DNA of 64,000 nucleotides from Candidatus Saccharimonadia bacterium (GTDB lineage Bacteria; Patescibacteriota; Saccharimonadia; Saccharimonadales; JALRHH01), in assembly GCA_023253175.1 (NCBI GenBank), contig JALRHH010000002.1:320199-384198 (forward strand). Direction: 5' to 3'. The position numbers were made by a program, and so were the translations under genes. Below, in pieces: positions 8,844 through 19,412 of this stretch (its first letter is position 1; every line of letters starts with the position of its first letter). The notes under the pieces are model-generated. The model was not told where the DNA came from, ran no database searches, and worked only from the letters and a program-made list of their open reading frames with translations.

Positions 8844-9512
8844 ATGTATTTTAGAAGTCGTGCCGAGGCGGGTCGGCAACTGGCTGATCGTCTTGATAAA
8901 TATAAGGCGCAGAATATCGTTGTGCTCGCACTCGATGAAAGTTCGGCAATTGTTGCATCGCAGGTAGCCATGAGGCTGCATGCGAATTTGCTGCTGTATG
9001 TAGTGAAGAATATCTATCTGCCAGGAGAGACTGAGGCTTTAGCGGCGCTCAGTTCGACAGGTACTTATACGACGAATGATTACTTTAGTGGCGGCGAGCT
9101 TGAGGATCTGTCCACTGAATATCATAATTACATCGACCAGAAACGAATGGAAGCTAATCACGAGCTACACATGGTGCTCGGGCAGGACGGGGAGATTGAT
9201 AAGAAACTACTTCGCCACAGGGTAGTGATTGTGGTATCTGATGGCCTGAGTTCTGGATTTTCATTCCAGGCATGTGCAAACTTCCTGAAGACCGTGTCAA
9301 TCAAAAAGGTAGTAGCGGCAACACCGCTCGCAAGCGTGCCGGCAATCGACAAACTTCATCTGTTGTCGGATGAAATTTGCTGTCTCAGTGTTGTTCCTAA
9401 TTACATGCATACGAATCACTATTATGATGACAATACGGTTCCAAATATGGACCAGGTGCTCAAGATTATGCGCAATATAACGCTCAACTGGGAACGCGCC
9501 AAACAAAAATAG
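8844..9512 (+). CDS. Phosphoribosyltransferase-like protein (degenerate PRPP loop)
   Basis: MYFRSRAEAGRQLADRL; VVIVVSDGLSSG in place of VDDG.ATG; VVAATP. Confidence 0.85.
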   Translation: MYFRSRAEAGRQLADRLDKYKAQNIVVLALDESSAIVASQVAMRLHANLLLYVVKNIYLPGETEALAALSSTGTYTTNDYFSGGELEDLSTEYHNYIDQKRMEANHELHMVLGQDGEIDKKLLRHRVVIVVSDGLSSGFSFQACANFLKTVSIKKVVAATPLASVPAIDKLHLLSDEICCLSVVPNYMHTNHYYDDNTVPNMDQVLKIMRNITLNWERAKQK

Positions 9513-9541
9513 TTGACAGCAGAAAAGCATAAGCGTACTCT
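9513..9541 (+). promoter_or_regulatory. Sigma70 promoter
   Basis: TTGACA-17bp-TACTCT. Confidence 0.65.
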
Positions 9542-9739
9542 GAAATTAACACAGGCACGTCCGTGTTCAGAACTTTGACGGTTGGAACCAAAATCCTCAC
9601 AAGGCAATTAAAGCCTTGTTTTTTCATTGTTCTGAAATAAACAAATAACCAATAATAGAAAGCGAACTACCGGAATTCCGGTTATTTCCAAAAAAACGCA
9701 AAAAACTTGCGTACACGATTCTTCTTCGGAGACTCTTGT

Positions 9740-10660
9740 ATGAAAACAAAAACAACTTATTACAAGATTGGTCAAAGCTTACCGCCCAGGCACTGGTATC
9801 AGCGGCGTGTTGGTTGGTTCGGTAAAAGTATGGTTGCCGTGATGGCGCTTGTTGTTATTGGCGGTGGTGCATACGGCAAGTTTATGCTGCACGAGGAAAG
9901 CAAGGTGCGAGCGTCTCAGTCTAGTAGACTTGAGAAGCTCAATAAAACGACACCTGTACTCAGTAGCAGTAATGAAAACATTATTGATGTTCAATTTGTA
10001 CTTGACCGTTGGGCAAAGGAACGTAGTGGGGAGACCTGGAGTGTTTCGGCACGTAGTATTGATGGGGCAAAATTTCAGGCACAAATTAATGGCGACAAGT
10101 CCTACGAATCCGTAACAGCTGGTCAACTCCTCCTGACACTGCCGCTATTCTCTCAGATACCAGCAGAACAACACAAAGGCATCCAGCTCAGTTCCGGTAA
10201 AAAGATGGAAGCCTGCGTTAACCTAATGATCCGACTTGGCGATACTGACTGCGGTAATCAGGTTGCGGGTTACATTGATTTCCGAAAAGTAGATGGAGTA
10301 TTACAAAAAAACGGTATTAAAAAGACTTCGTTTACTGGAACCAAGGCACGAACTACGGCCGATGACATGGCTGCATTTATGGCAGTGTTGCAAGGTGGTG
10401 TGCTCCAGAAGAATGCTCAGGATGTGGTGCTCAAATCATTACGTGAGCAGCGCATTCGCAGTGGTATTCCGGCGGCTTGTCCGGGCTGTGTCATTGCAAA
10501 CGAAGCTTCAGAATCATCAAGTGTTCATGACGTGGCGATCATTCAGTATAACGGTGGTAGCTATGTGCTCAGCATTTTTACGAAGGATGGATCTTTGGCT
10601 GATATTGCAGAGCTGAGCGGTCGCATCCAGCAAAAAATAATTGATACGGCAGCCCACTAA
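9740..10660 (+). CDS. Class A beta-lactamase / DD-peptidase-fold protein lacking catalytic motifs
   Basis: N-terminal TM; TTADDM, HDVAII. SxxK, SDN and KTG are replaced by SVTAG, GDT and NEA. Confidence 0.8.
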   Translation: MKTKTTYYKIGQSLPPRHWYQRRVGWFGKSMVAVMALVVIGGGAYGKFMLHEESKVRASQSSRLEKLNKTTPVLSSSNENIIDVQFVLDRWAKERSGETWSVSARSIDGAKFQAQINGDKSYESVTAGQLLLTLPLFSQIPAEQHKGIQLSSGKKMEACVNLMIRLGDTDCGNQVAGYIDFRKVDGVLQKNGIKKTSFTGTKARTTADDMAAFMAVLQGGVLQKNAQDVVLKSLREQRIRSGIPAACPGCVIANEASESSSVHDVAIIQYNGGSYVLSIFTKDGSLADIAELSGRIQQKIIDTAAH

Positions 10661-11580
10661 TGAATACTCGTCATTACGATATTTATGATGGTGCTTCTCG
10701 CTCGCGCGAGCATATTATTGTGGCTGCATTGGTTTTGCTCGTTATTGCTGCAGTCAGTAGCGTGCCAATTTTGGCCAGTCGCAGTGTCACGCAGCAGGCC
10801 GCGCAGGTTCCGGTTGTTACGGCGCCCGTGGAAAAAACTGAACCAGCAAAAGTCATTGAAGAGGCTGCTCCAGTCGTTGCTACTCCGCAGATTGTTGACT
10901 TGCAGCCCGTTCTTGATACTTGGGCAGCCGGGCACCCAAAACAGCAGTGGGGCGTATCCGTAAAAAGTCTGAGCGGAAAAGAATTCCAAGCAGAACTCAA
11001 CAGCGATAAGCAGTTCCGTTCAGCAAGTCTCTATAAGCTCTTTCTTGTGCAGCCGCTCTTTGCGAAGTACTCGTTAGCGCAGCAGCAAACTACCAGTGTT
11101 AAGGTTGGCGAATCAACTCGATCTTTGGCGTCTTGTGTTGATGTGATGCTGCGGCTCTCTGACAATCCATGCGGTGAAGCGGTTGCAGGGAAGCTTGGCT
11201 GGACAAAAGTAAGCCGAGAGCTTAAAGCAGCAGGTTATACCAAGACTGACCTAAGTAAAGCTGATGCAATCGTAACTTCTGCCGGTGATACGACCCGATA
11301 TCTAGAGCAGCTGAATGGAGCAATGCTTGATGAAGCGAGTAAGGCGGTGGTTATGAACTCGCTCTTAAAGCAAAAATGGAACCAAGGTATTCCGGCTGGT
11401 TGCCCTGGATGTACTGTCGCGAATAAGACAGGCAGTATACCGTCAATCACGCACGACGCGGCTATTGTGCAGTACGCGGGCGGCACCTATGTGATTACCA
11501 TTCTTTCTGAGGGCGGCACGTTCAAGCAGATCGCAGAGCTTACGGCGCAGATCCAAGCTGCAATTAACGCGGTTCAGTAG
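10660..11580 (+). CDS. Class A beta-lactamase-like serine hydrolase (beta-lactamase2 / DD-peptidase family)
   Basis: ASLYK (SxxK), LSDN, NKTG, THDAAIV; N-terminal anchor. Confidence 0.88.
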   Translation: MNTRHYDIYDGASRSREHIIVAALVLLVIAAVSSVPILASRSVTQQAAQVPVVTAPVEKTEPAKVIEEAAPVVATPQIVDLQPVLDTWAAGHPKQQWGVSVKSLSGKEFQAELNSDKQFRSASLYKLFLVQPLFAKYSLAQQQTTSVKVGESTRSLASCVDVMLRLSDNPCGEAVAGKLGWTKVSRELKAAGYTKTDLSKADAIVTSAGDTTRYLEQLNGAMLDEASKAVVMNSLLKQKWNQGIPAGCPGCTVANKTGSIPSITHDAAIVQYAGGTYVITILSEGGTFKQIAELTAQIQAAINAVQ

Positions 11581-12678
11581 TTATTTTGAAACGTTGAATT
11601 TGAACTCGACGATGTCATCGGGCTTCATGATGTAGTCTTTGCCGGCAGTGGTGACTTTACCAGCTGCTTTGGCGGCAGATTCTGAGCCAGCTTCTACAAA
11701 ATCTTTGTAATTAATGATCTGGGCAGCAATAAAGCCGCGCTCGAAATCACCGTGAATGACGCCAGCAGCTTGTGGGGCGGTGAAGCCTTTTTTGATTGTC
11801 CAGGCGCGCACTTCTTTTTCGCCAGCGGTAAGGTAGCTTTGAAGCCCAAGTGTGTCATACGCAGCGTGAATAAGCTGGATAAGCCCTGATACGTGAACGC
11901 CATAGCTTTCCAGTAGTTCAAGTCGGTCTGCTTCGTCGAGCCCTTGTAATTCCGACTCCAATTTAGCGCTCACAAATAGTGAACGAGCAGGGGCAACAAG
12001 GCTTGCCAATTCTTGTTGACGTGTTTCGTTCGTGAGGTCATCGTCATCAACATTAAACAGGTAGATGATTGGTTTCATGGTGATGAGGTGTAAGTCGTGG
12101 AGCAGTTCTTTATTGTCATCCAGCCATGCCTCACCCTTTTCAAACAGTGGTTTTCCGTCATTCAGCCACGCACTTACTTCCTCGAGGAGTTCAAGCACGT
12201 GACGCTGCTTTGGATCGCTCTTGGCCAGCTTTTGTGCCTGCGGCAAACGCTTATCAACCGTTTGAATATCAGCGAGTACTAATTCAGTATTAATAACATC
12301 AATGTCCTTTTGCGGATTGTGTTCTTCGTCGACGTGCTGCACATTGCTGTCGCTAAAGGCGCGCACGACTTGCACGATGGCATTGGTGCTTCGGATATGG
12401 CTGAGGAACTGGTTGCCGAGGCCTTCGCCCTTGCTGGCACCTGCAACAAGTCCGGCGATATCAACAAAGGTGACCGTTGCTGGAACGACCTTCTGAGAGT
12501 TGTATATATCCGCCAGGGTAGTCAGTCGGACGTCCGGGATCGGCACGATACCAGTATTTGGTTCGATAGTCGCAAACGGATAGTTGGCAGCCAGAATATT
12601 GTTGTTTGTTAGTGCGTTAAAAAGTGTGGACTTGCCAACATTTGGCAGCCCAACAATTCCAATAGAAAGTGAACTCAT
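11581..12678 (-). CDS. ychF: Ribosome-binding ATPase YchF
   Basis: GIVGLPNVGKSTLFNALT, ANYPFATIEPN, DIAGLVAGASKGEGLGNQFL. Confidence 0.98.
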   Translation of the reverse strand: MSSLSIGIVGLPNVGKSTLFNALTNNNILAANYPFATIEPNTGIVPIPDVRLTTLADIYNSQKVVPATVTFVDIAGLVAGASKGEGLGNQFLSHIRSTNAIVQVVRAFSDSNVQHVDEEHNPQKDIDVINTELVLADIQTVDKRLPQAQKLAKSDPKQRHVLELLEEVSAWLNDGKPLFEKGEAWLDDNKELLHDLHLITMKPIIYLFNVDDDDLTNETRQQELASLVAPARSLFVSAKLESELQGLDEADRLELLESYGVHVSGLIQLIHAAYDTLGLQSYLTAGEKEVRAWTIKKGFTAPQAAGVIHGDFERGFIAAQIINYKDFVEAGSESAAKAAGKVTTAGKDYIMKPDDIVEFKFNVSK

Positions 12679-12832
12679 AGTCGCTATTGTAACAGAGGTA
12701 GTATTTATTTTCTAGCCTGTATGATCTCTGAATACAATTGTGTATAAAGTACTTAAGATTATCACTTGATTACGCTTATTCTTTGCTATACTGATGGTAA
12801 TTATGCGTATCAAAACGTGGGGCAGGGATAAA

Positions 12833-14719
12833 ATGAAACACGGCTTATTTTTTAAAAAGAAGACTCGCCAGACTATTGGCACGGCTTCAAAGCTAGCTAC
12901 TGCTGTTGTGCTAACAGTTGTCCTTTCAGGTGCTGCGTCAGTTATTCCAGATAGCAAAACTAGTGCCGCCGCTCCGTATTACGGTGTGACGATGAGTTCT
13001 AGTATATCTAGTAACCCAGCATCAAGGAATATGTGCGGTGGCGCAAACTCCACACTGCCAGTTGATTACTGGGCTTGGATTTCTAACCCCACGCTCGATG
13101 AAAATACGGGTGACATTACCTATAGGGTGAATCTGCAGTGGAGAAGTTGTGATAGCACAAATACACGCGCCTACTCAATCTATGACACCGGAAGTCGTGA
13201 GGCCTGTGTGCTTTCTGGTGATTATGGTGTGAATAATAGCGATGCCTATGACTGCGTGAAGTATGTCGGAAACCCTTCATACAATGCTGGTAATAATCTG
13301 ACCTGTTCGGGCGGCAGAACAAACGGGCAGTGTACAAACAGTAATTTCGGTGCGATTCGCGTGAATCAGAACCAGCCCCCAGATACGTTAACCACTGATT
13401 TTGTTACCATACGTAAATCTGTGGGCAACTGGGGCACTGCAAAATACGGTAATGGTTCAAGGACCTACAATGGTGGCCTCTGTCAGTATTATAAGACGGG
13501 CTCTAACTGGCAGAATAATCACATAGGTAGTCGCTGCATGACATTGAATATTACGATTTCTTGGCAACCAAAGACACCTGCATCTATTCAGCCCATCACG
13601 ACCCTTAGTCCAAATCCCGTAGAGCCAGGGCAGGTGGTGCAGGCTACTGCACAGATCACTCAGCCTTCAGGTAATATGACTGCAACAACCAAATACAGAA
13701 GGTACTTCTGGTACCAGAACGATGATACGACCGGCTATGATCCTGCAACAGAAAGCGCTAATGCCACCGTTTCGACGCCTCCTGGATCTGTTACCACCCC
13801 CGTGACCCTACCAACAGCCGGCTGGACAAAGACGGTACTCAGTGGCTATCGATTTATATGTACTTCGCTTGAGCTTTATGACCAAAATTCACCAACAACC
13901 ATAACAGGCAATAATCCCCATAGAACATGTGCGCCTATTATCCGGAAGCCATACTTACGGGTTGTCGGCGGTGATATAAATACGACCTGTGGTACTGGTG
14001 CGGTTGATGCATTTTGGAATGGTGCAAACGGAAGTGGTACTGACCTCGCGTTGTATACAAGAGGTGCTGTTAGTGAGTTCGCGTCTGCTGCAGCAAGAGT
14101 TTCCCCGAATACTCCTATTAGGCCCAAGGGTCTTACTTTCGCTAATGTAGGTGCGGGTGTGTATGGCCAGTCACTGGGTGCGATAGTTGGTGACTGTGCG
14201 TTTACCGCTCCACCCGCCGGATCTCCGACAAGTATACCTCCGCTGAGCAGCATGCCACCTACTGCTTCGCTGCGGGAGGGCGTTTTATATGTAAATGGTA
14301 ATGTCACTATCAGCGGTAATATCTTATATGCAAATAGTAGTAACTTTAGCTTCGATAATGTGCCTTATTTTAAGCTCAAGGCGAGCGGTAATATTTACAT
14401 TACCTCTAATGTGCGGACACTTGATGGTATCTATGAAGCGGGTGGAACAATATATACCTGTACAGGGGGTGGGGCCGTGCCGAGCCTTGCCACGTTACCT
14501 GCAGAATGTTATTCAAGCACCTTGACGGTCAACGGTGCGCTACGTGCCGCTACTGGTATTAAGTACTTACGACTTAATGGATCAGTAAGTTCGGGGGCGC
14601 CCGGAGAGATTATTAGCTATGATCCGCTGACCTGGCTTAAGGCCGCGACTCCTGGGGCGGACAGTAGTATATCTTCCGGCGATTACGATGCTTATACGAT
14701 TATGCCTCCAGTACTATAG
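12833..14719 (+). CDS. Large secreted Cys/Thr/Asn-rich protein, candidate pilus-associated adhesin
   Basis: Signal peptide; many Cys; beta-rich C-terminus (YVNGNVTISGNI, GNIYITSNV.LDGIY); directly upstream of pilM. Confidence 0.7.
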   Translation: MKHGLFFKKKTRQTIGTASKLATAVVLTVVLSGAASVIPDSKTSAAAPYYGVTMSSSISSNPASRNMCGGANSTLPVDYWAWISNPTLDENTGDITYRVNLQWRSCDSTNTRAYSIYDTGSREACVLSGDYGVNNSDAYDCVKYVGNPSYNAGNNLTCSGGRTNGQCTNSNFGAIRVNQNQPPDTLTTDFVTIRKSVGNWGTAKYGNGSRTYNGGLCQYYKTGSNWQNNHIGSRCMTLNITISWQPKTPASIQPITTLSPNPVEPGQVVQATAQITQPSGNMTATTKYRRYFWYQNDDTTGYDPATESANATVSTPPGSVTTPVTLPTAGWTKTVLSGYRFICTSLELYDQNSPTTITGNNPHRTCAPIIRKPYLRVVGGDINTTCGTGAVDAFWNGANGSGTDLALYTRGAVSEFASAAARVSPNTPIRPKGLTFANVGAGVYGQSLGAIVGDCAFTAPPAGSPTSIPPLSSMPPTASLREGVLYVNGNVTISGNILYANSSNFSFDNVPYFKLKASGNIYITSNVRTLDGIYEAGGTIYTCTGGGAVPSLATLPAECYSSTLTVNGALRAATGIKYLRLNGSVSSGAPGEIISYDPLTWLKAATPGADSSISSGDYDAYTIMPPVL

Positions 14720-14848
14720 GTAGGCTTGGAAATATGTTTTATGTTAAAAATGCTTATGCTATAATTCGATCAATGAAAGGGACTATAGCCACATCCTTAA
14801 CGATACGCAAAAACGTAAACATGTATCAGGTGGCATAGGCATAACAAT

Positions 14849-15889
14849 ATGGGCATACTGAGTGGGGTAAGTAACTTTTTTGGGCTTGATATCGGCACGT
14901 CTGCTGTCAGGCTTGTAGAACTGTCCGGTTCTGGCCAGGGAAAATCATTGGTGCGGTATGCATATGCACCGGTTGATTCTAGAATTGTATTAAGCGACTC
15001 AAAGGCAGATCGTCAGAAATTGGCGCAAGTAATATCAGAGCTCATTGCGAGCTCTAAAGTCTCGACTCGCAATGTTGCAGTTGGCATATCATCTAGTAGG
15101 GTGTTTACGACTATTGTTGATATGGATCGTTTGCCAGAATCTGAATTGGCTCGCACGATCAAATTACAAGCTGATTCGCTTATCCCAACACCTGTTGACA
15201 CGTCAAAACTAGAATGGGCACTCCTGGGTGACTCGCCAGTAGACAAGACAAAGTCAGAAGTTCTTATTTCGAGCGTTTCCAATGATGTCACTGAAGGTAT
15301 GTTGGATGTTCTAGAATCGATAGGTCTTAATGTAATTGCGTTTGAACCCGATAATCTCGCAATTGCTCGTTCGTTATTTGCACCGGATAACATGCTGCCA
15401 CAAATGGCGATTGACGTTGGTGCAAAGGCAACAGATTTAGTTTTGTCGATCAATGGCGCGCCTCGCTTGGCCCGTTCGATCCCAACTGGGACAGAAGCAA
15501 TTATTAAGTCTGCAGTGCAAAATCTCAGTATAGATGAGAAACAAGCCGAGCAGTTCGTATTCAAATTTGGCCTCTCAAAAGATAAGCTCGAAGGTCAGGT
15601 CCACCAAGCTATATTAGGAACTGTTGAGCTATTAGTGTCTGAGGTAGAAAAGTCGATCAAGTTTGTTGGGACACGTTATCCTGAGGCGAAGCTTGATCGA
15701 ATTATTGTATCCGGCGGAGCCTCGGCTTTACCTGAATTCCCACTTTATCTTGCGAATAAGACGGGGGCGAACATTGAGATTGGGAATGCCTGGCGTAATA
15801 TATCGTATCCAGCAAGTCGGCAGAATGAGTTACTGGCCGTATCAAATCACTTTGCAGTTGCTGCTGGTCTTGCAGAGAGGGTTGAATAG
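14849..15889 (+). CDS. pilM: Type IV pilus assembly protein PilM
   Basis: GLDIGTSAVRLVEL, IDVGAKAT, IIVSGGAS.LP, AVAAGLA. Confidence 0.95.
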   Translation: MGILSGVSNFFGLDIGTSAVRLVELSGSGQGKSLVRYAYAPVDSRIVLSDSKADRQKLAQVISELIASSKVSTRNVAVGISSSRVFTTIVDMDRLPESELARTIKLQADSLIPTPVDTSKLEWALLGDSPVDKTKSEVLISSVSNDVTEGMLDVLESIGLNVIAFEPDNLAIARSLFAPDNMLPQMAIDVGAKATDLVLSINGAPRLARSIPTGTEAIIKSAVQNLSIDEKQAEQFVFKFGLSKDKLEGQVHQAILGTVELLVSEVEKSIKFVGTRYPEAKLDRIIVSGGASALPEFPLYLANKTGANIEIGNAWRNISYPASRQNELLAVSNHFAVAAGLAERVE

Positions 15890-15891
15890 CT

Positions 15892-16605
15892 ATGATACAA
15901 ATTAATCTTTTACCAGACGTAAAACTAGAGTACGTAAAGGCTCGTCGACTCAAGCGTACGATAGTATCAATTTGTTTACTCGTTAGCTCTGTTTCTGTGG
16001 CGGTATTTGTGCTTACATTTATTAGTGTCGTTGTCGTTCAGAAACAGCACCTGAGCCATCTAGACGAAGACATTGCGTCCCAGACAAAAGAACTTGAATC
16101 GATGCCTGACATCGCTAAGATCTTAACCATCCAGAACCAACTCAATAGTCTTCCTGCGCTACACAAAGATAAACCGGTTGCTTCAAGAATCTTTACATAC
16201 GTACAGCAGCTTGCGCCTGGAGAGGCAAGCATAAGTACGCTTACCGTTAACTTTGATGAGCAGACAATGGAGATTACGGGAAGTGCAGTTAATCTAGCTG
16301 GCGTTAATAAGTTCGCAGATACACTTAAATTCACGGTATTCACTACCGAGGCGGAGGGTGATGGAGCTAAAGGTAATTCGGCGTTTAGTGATGTTGCTCT
16401 CTCTCAGTTTGGGCTCGGGAGTGCTTCCGGGACTAAAGGAAAGACTGCTTCATATACCATAAAACTTAAATATGCGCCTGAAATTTTCAGTAGCGAAAGC
16501 AACGTGAAGTTGACCATTCCTAACAAGGTTACAACGAGGTCTCAGACCGAAAAGCCTCAAAACGTTTTTGATGCTCCAGCTGCGGTAGAAGGAGGTGACC
16601 AGTAA
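15892..16605 (+). CDS. pilN: PilN-like alignment protein
   Basis: MIQINLLP motif plus TM; follows pilM. Confidence 0.88.
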   Translation: MIQINLLPDVKLEYVKARRLKRTIVSICLLVSSVSVAVFVLTFISVVVVQKQHLSHLDEDIASQTKELESMPDIAKILTIQNQLNSLPALHKDKPVASRIFTYVQQLAPGEASISTLTVNFDEQTMEITGSAVNLAGVNKFADTLKFTVFTTEAEGDGAKGNSAFSDVALSQFGLGSASGTKGKTASYTIKLKYAPEIFSSESNVKLTIPNKVTTRSQTEKPQNVFDAPAAVEGGDQ

Positions 16606-17279
16606 TGAGTAACGGAGTCCCAAGTTTTAAGCAATTACAGATTGATAAAGCCAATGTACGTATAGTTGCGGCGATATCGATAACAGTATTCATCGTAGTC
16701 TTTTCGGCAGTTGCTGTTAAGTCTATGATTTCCCGGCAGATGTATCAAAGCAGAGTTATTGAAGCCCGCGAGACAGCACGTGATCAGTTGCTTGAAAATA
16801 TAAGCTCAGCAGGAAAATTGACAGATTCGTACAAGCGTTTTGTCGCCAACTCACCAAATGTAATTGGTGGAGACCCAGTCGGCACGGGCGAACGTGATGG
16901 TGACAACGCAAAGGTTGTACTTGATGCACTGCCCAGTGTGTATGATTTCCCAGCACTTACCTCCAGCGTTGAAAAGCTTGCAGCCAGCCAGCAGCTTACT
17001 ATAAACGGTATAACGGGCACCGATGATGAAATTAAGCAGAAAGGACAAACTGCGACTACTCCGCAACCTGTTGAAATGCCGTTTACGGTTACCGTTAATG
17101 GATCTTATCAGAATATTAATAATTTGATTCTTCAGTTTGAAAAGTCGATAAGGCCCTTCAAGGTAAGTAAATTTGTATTTACTGGCAGCGAAGGCGGCGG
17201 GGTAAGTCTTGTGGTTGATGCGAAATCTTACTACCAGCCAGCAAAGAACCTGCAGATTAAAAAGGAAGTAGTGAAGTGA
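16605..17279 (+). CDS. pilO: PilO-like alignment protein
   Basis: TM, coiled coil, ALP, GSYQ..., SIRP. Confidence 0.82.
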   Translation: MSNGVPSFKQLQIDKANVRIVAAISITVFIVVFSAVAVKSMISRQMYQSRVIEARETARDQLLENISSAGKLTDSYKRFVANSPNVIGGDPVGTGERDGDNAKVVLDALPSVYDFPALTSSVEKLAASQQLTINGITGTDDEIKQKGQTATTPQPVEMPFTVTVNGSYQNINNLILQFEKSIRPFKVSKFVFTGSEGGGVSLVVDAKSYYQPAKNLQIKKEVVK

Positions 17280-17518
17280 AGCAAAAAGATATAGCACTTG
17301 TCGCAGTGATAGGCTTTATTAGTCTCGTAGCATCATTGTTATTATCCAATCTGTTGTTCAATACAGCCGGGGATAAGCAGTTACAATCAGCTGTGGTTGC
17401 GCCTATAACCACTGAGTTCGTCGATCCTGATAAGAAGTATTTCAATGAGCAGTCTACTAACCCAACACAAACAATCCAAATCAATGAGAACAATAATAAC
17501 CAGCCATTTAACCAGTAA
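17276..17518 (+). CDS. Small single-TM pilus accessory protein (PilP position)
   Basis: 80 aa, N-terminal TM, ends QPFNQ; overlaps pilO. Confidence 0.65.
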   Translation: MKQKDIALVAVIGFISLVASLLLSNLLFNTAGDKQLQSAVVAPITTEFVDPDKKYFNEQSTNPTQTIQINENNNNQPFNQ

Positions 17519-17534
17519 CATAGGTAACTAGCCT

Positions 17535-19316
17535 ATGAGTGTTCTCTCGGCAGCAGCTCAAAAGCAAGTCCAGGATAAGCTTGTCGCAGATGGGCTTATT
17601 ACTGCTGAAAAGCTAAAGGAGGTCATCAGTAAAGCCGAAGCTGGCGGCTCTCCTTTGCTTGCTGCATTGATTCATGAGGGGCACATCTCAAATGAGTCTC
17701 TCACTAAAACGATTGCAGAAGTTACGAAGCTACCATATGTTAATTTACTTAATGCAAAGATTGACCCTACGACGCTAGACCTCCTACCTCAAGACATAGC
17801 AGAGCGATACATGGCGGTGCCATTGGGCGAGATAAATCAGAAACTTGTTGTGGCAATGCTTGATGCTGACAATGTTCAGGCCGTTGATTTCTTGGCGAAC
17901 AAAATTGGTCGTCCGCTCAAAGTCTATGCTGCAAGTGAAGAGGGTATTAGAGCAATTCTAGCTCAATATTCGTCAAGGATGAGTAAAGACGTTGCGAATG
18001 CATTTGCGGAACCGAACGATGCGACAAGCGTAGCTGCCGAGGCTAACGTAGGCACCTCAGCGGAGCCTATATCACAAGATTCGCCCGTTAGTAAAATCCT
18101 GACTGCAATACTTGAATACGCGGTAAAAAATAAAGCGAGTGATATCCATATTGAGCCACTTGAGAAGGAGCTCAAGATTCGATGCCGTATCGATGGTGTT
18201 ATGCGTGAAGTCATGAAGCTGCCAAAGGCAAGCGAGCCTCCTATCGTATCTCGTATAAAGATCTTGTCTAACCTAAAGATTGATGAGCATCGTATCCCAC
18301 AAGACGGTCAATTTACAGTAAAAGTAATGAAAAATGCAGTCGATCTGCGTATTGCGATATCTCCTGTTGTATGGGGTGAACAAGTAGTTATTCGTCTATT
18401 AGATAAATCCGGTACAACGCTCAGGCTGGAAGATATGGGTTACGCTGGTAGGGCGCTGAGGACAATTCGTAGTGGTCTTGAGCGACCAAACGGTATGATT
18501 CTGACTTCTGGGCCTACAGGTTCAGGTAAATCAACGACGCTTTATGCACTCCTTAACGAGATTAAAAACGATAGTATAAACATCGTTACACTTGAAGACC
18601 CCGTTGAGTACAAGATGGATGGCGTGAACCAAATCCAGGTTAATGCAGATGTTGGACTAACATTCTCTGCGGGACTCCGTTCTATTCTCCGTCAGGACCC
18701 TGACGTAGTGATGGTGGGTGAGATTCGTGATAAAGAAACAGCTACTCTTGCGGTGCAGGCCGCTCTAACGGGTCACCTTGTATTTAGTACGCTCCACACT
18801 AATTCTGCGGCTGGAATTTTACCCCGTCTTTTAGATATGGGCATTGAACCATTCCTTATTGCGAGCACTGTTCGGACGGTTATCGGACAGCGTCTTGTTC
18901 GTCGTATAGGCGAGCAAAAAGAGACAGTCAAATCTGACCAGGCTCAATCTGCTGCGATACAGGCGACAGTTGGTGGGCTATTGCCGGCCAAGCCAGCGGA
19001 CGTGTCCAAGGTAGCTGCTGATCTAGGTTTTGAGAATCTGCCACTTGCTGGGCAGCAACAATATGATTTAGTTAAGGGCGTTGATAGTCCCGCTGCTCCT
19101 GGTGGTTATAAGGGTCGTATGGGCTTGTATGAGGTATTCGAAGTCACAGACGAGATCCAAAAACTGATTATTAATCAGGCTACCAGCGCAGAGATTCAGA
19201 AGGTTGCCCAGGAACAGGGAATGGTAACGATGCGTCAGGACGGATACCTCAAGGCCTTGGCGGGTAGGACTACCTTGGCTGAGGTTGACCGTGTTGCGGC
19301 TACAGATAGTGCTTAA
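17535..19316 (+). CDS. pilB: Type IV pilus extension ATPase PilB/GspE
   Basis: ASDIHIEP, GPTGSGKSTTLY, LRSILRQDPDVVMVGEIRD, TGHLVFSTLHTN. Confidence 0.96.
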   Translation: MSVLSAAAQKQVQDKLVADGLITAEKLKEVISKAEAGGSPLLAALIHEGHISNESLTKTIAEVTKLPYVNLLNAKIDPTTLDLLPQDIAERYMAVPLGEINQKLVVAMLDADNVQAVDFLANKIGRPLKVYAASEEGIRAILAQYSSRMSKDVANAFAEPNDATSVAAEANVGTSAEPISQDSPVSKILTAILEYAVKNKASDIHIEPLEKELKIRCRIDGVMREVMKLPKASEPPIVSRIKILSNLKIDEHRIPQDGQFTVKVMKNAVDLRIAISPVVWGEQVVIRLLDKSGTTLRLEDMGYAGRALRTIRSGLERPNGMILTSGPTGSGKSTTLYALLNEIKNDSINIVTLEDPVEYKMDGVNQIQVNADVGLTFSAGLRSILRQDPDVVMVGEIRDKETATLAVQAALTGHLVFSTLHTNSAAGILPRLLDMGIEPFLIASTVRTVIGQRLVRRIGEQKETVKSDQAQSAAIQATVGGLLPAKPADVSKVAADLGFENLPLAGQQQYDLVKGVDSPAAPGGYKGRMGLYEVFEVTDEIQKLIINQATSAEIQKVAQEQGMVTMRQDGYLKALAGRTTLAEVDRVAATDSA

Positions 19317-19412
19317 GTTTAATTGTTGTAAGTGATATAGTGTAGGCAGGAAAAACATAGTGGTGGGAAATATACAGATGACAATAGTCCAAAAACAGGG
19401 AGGGGTACAGTA

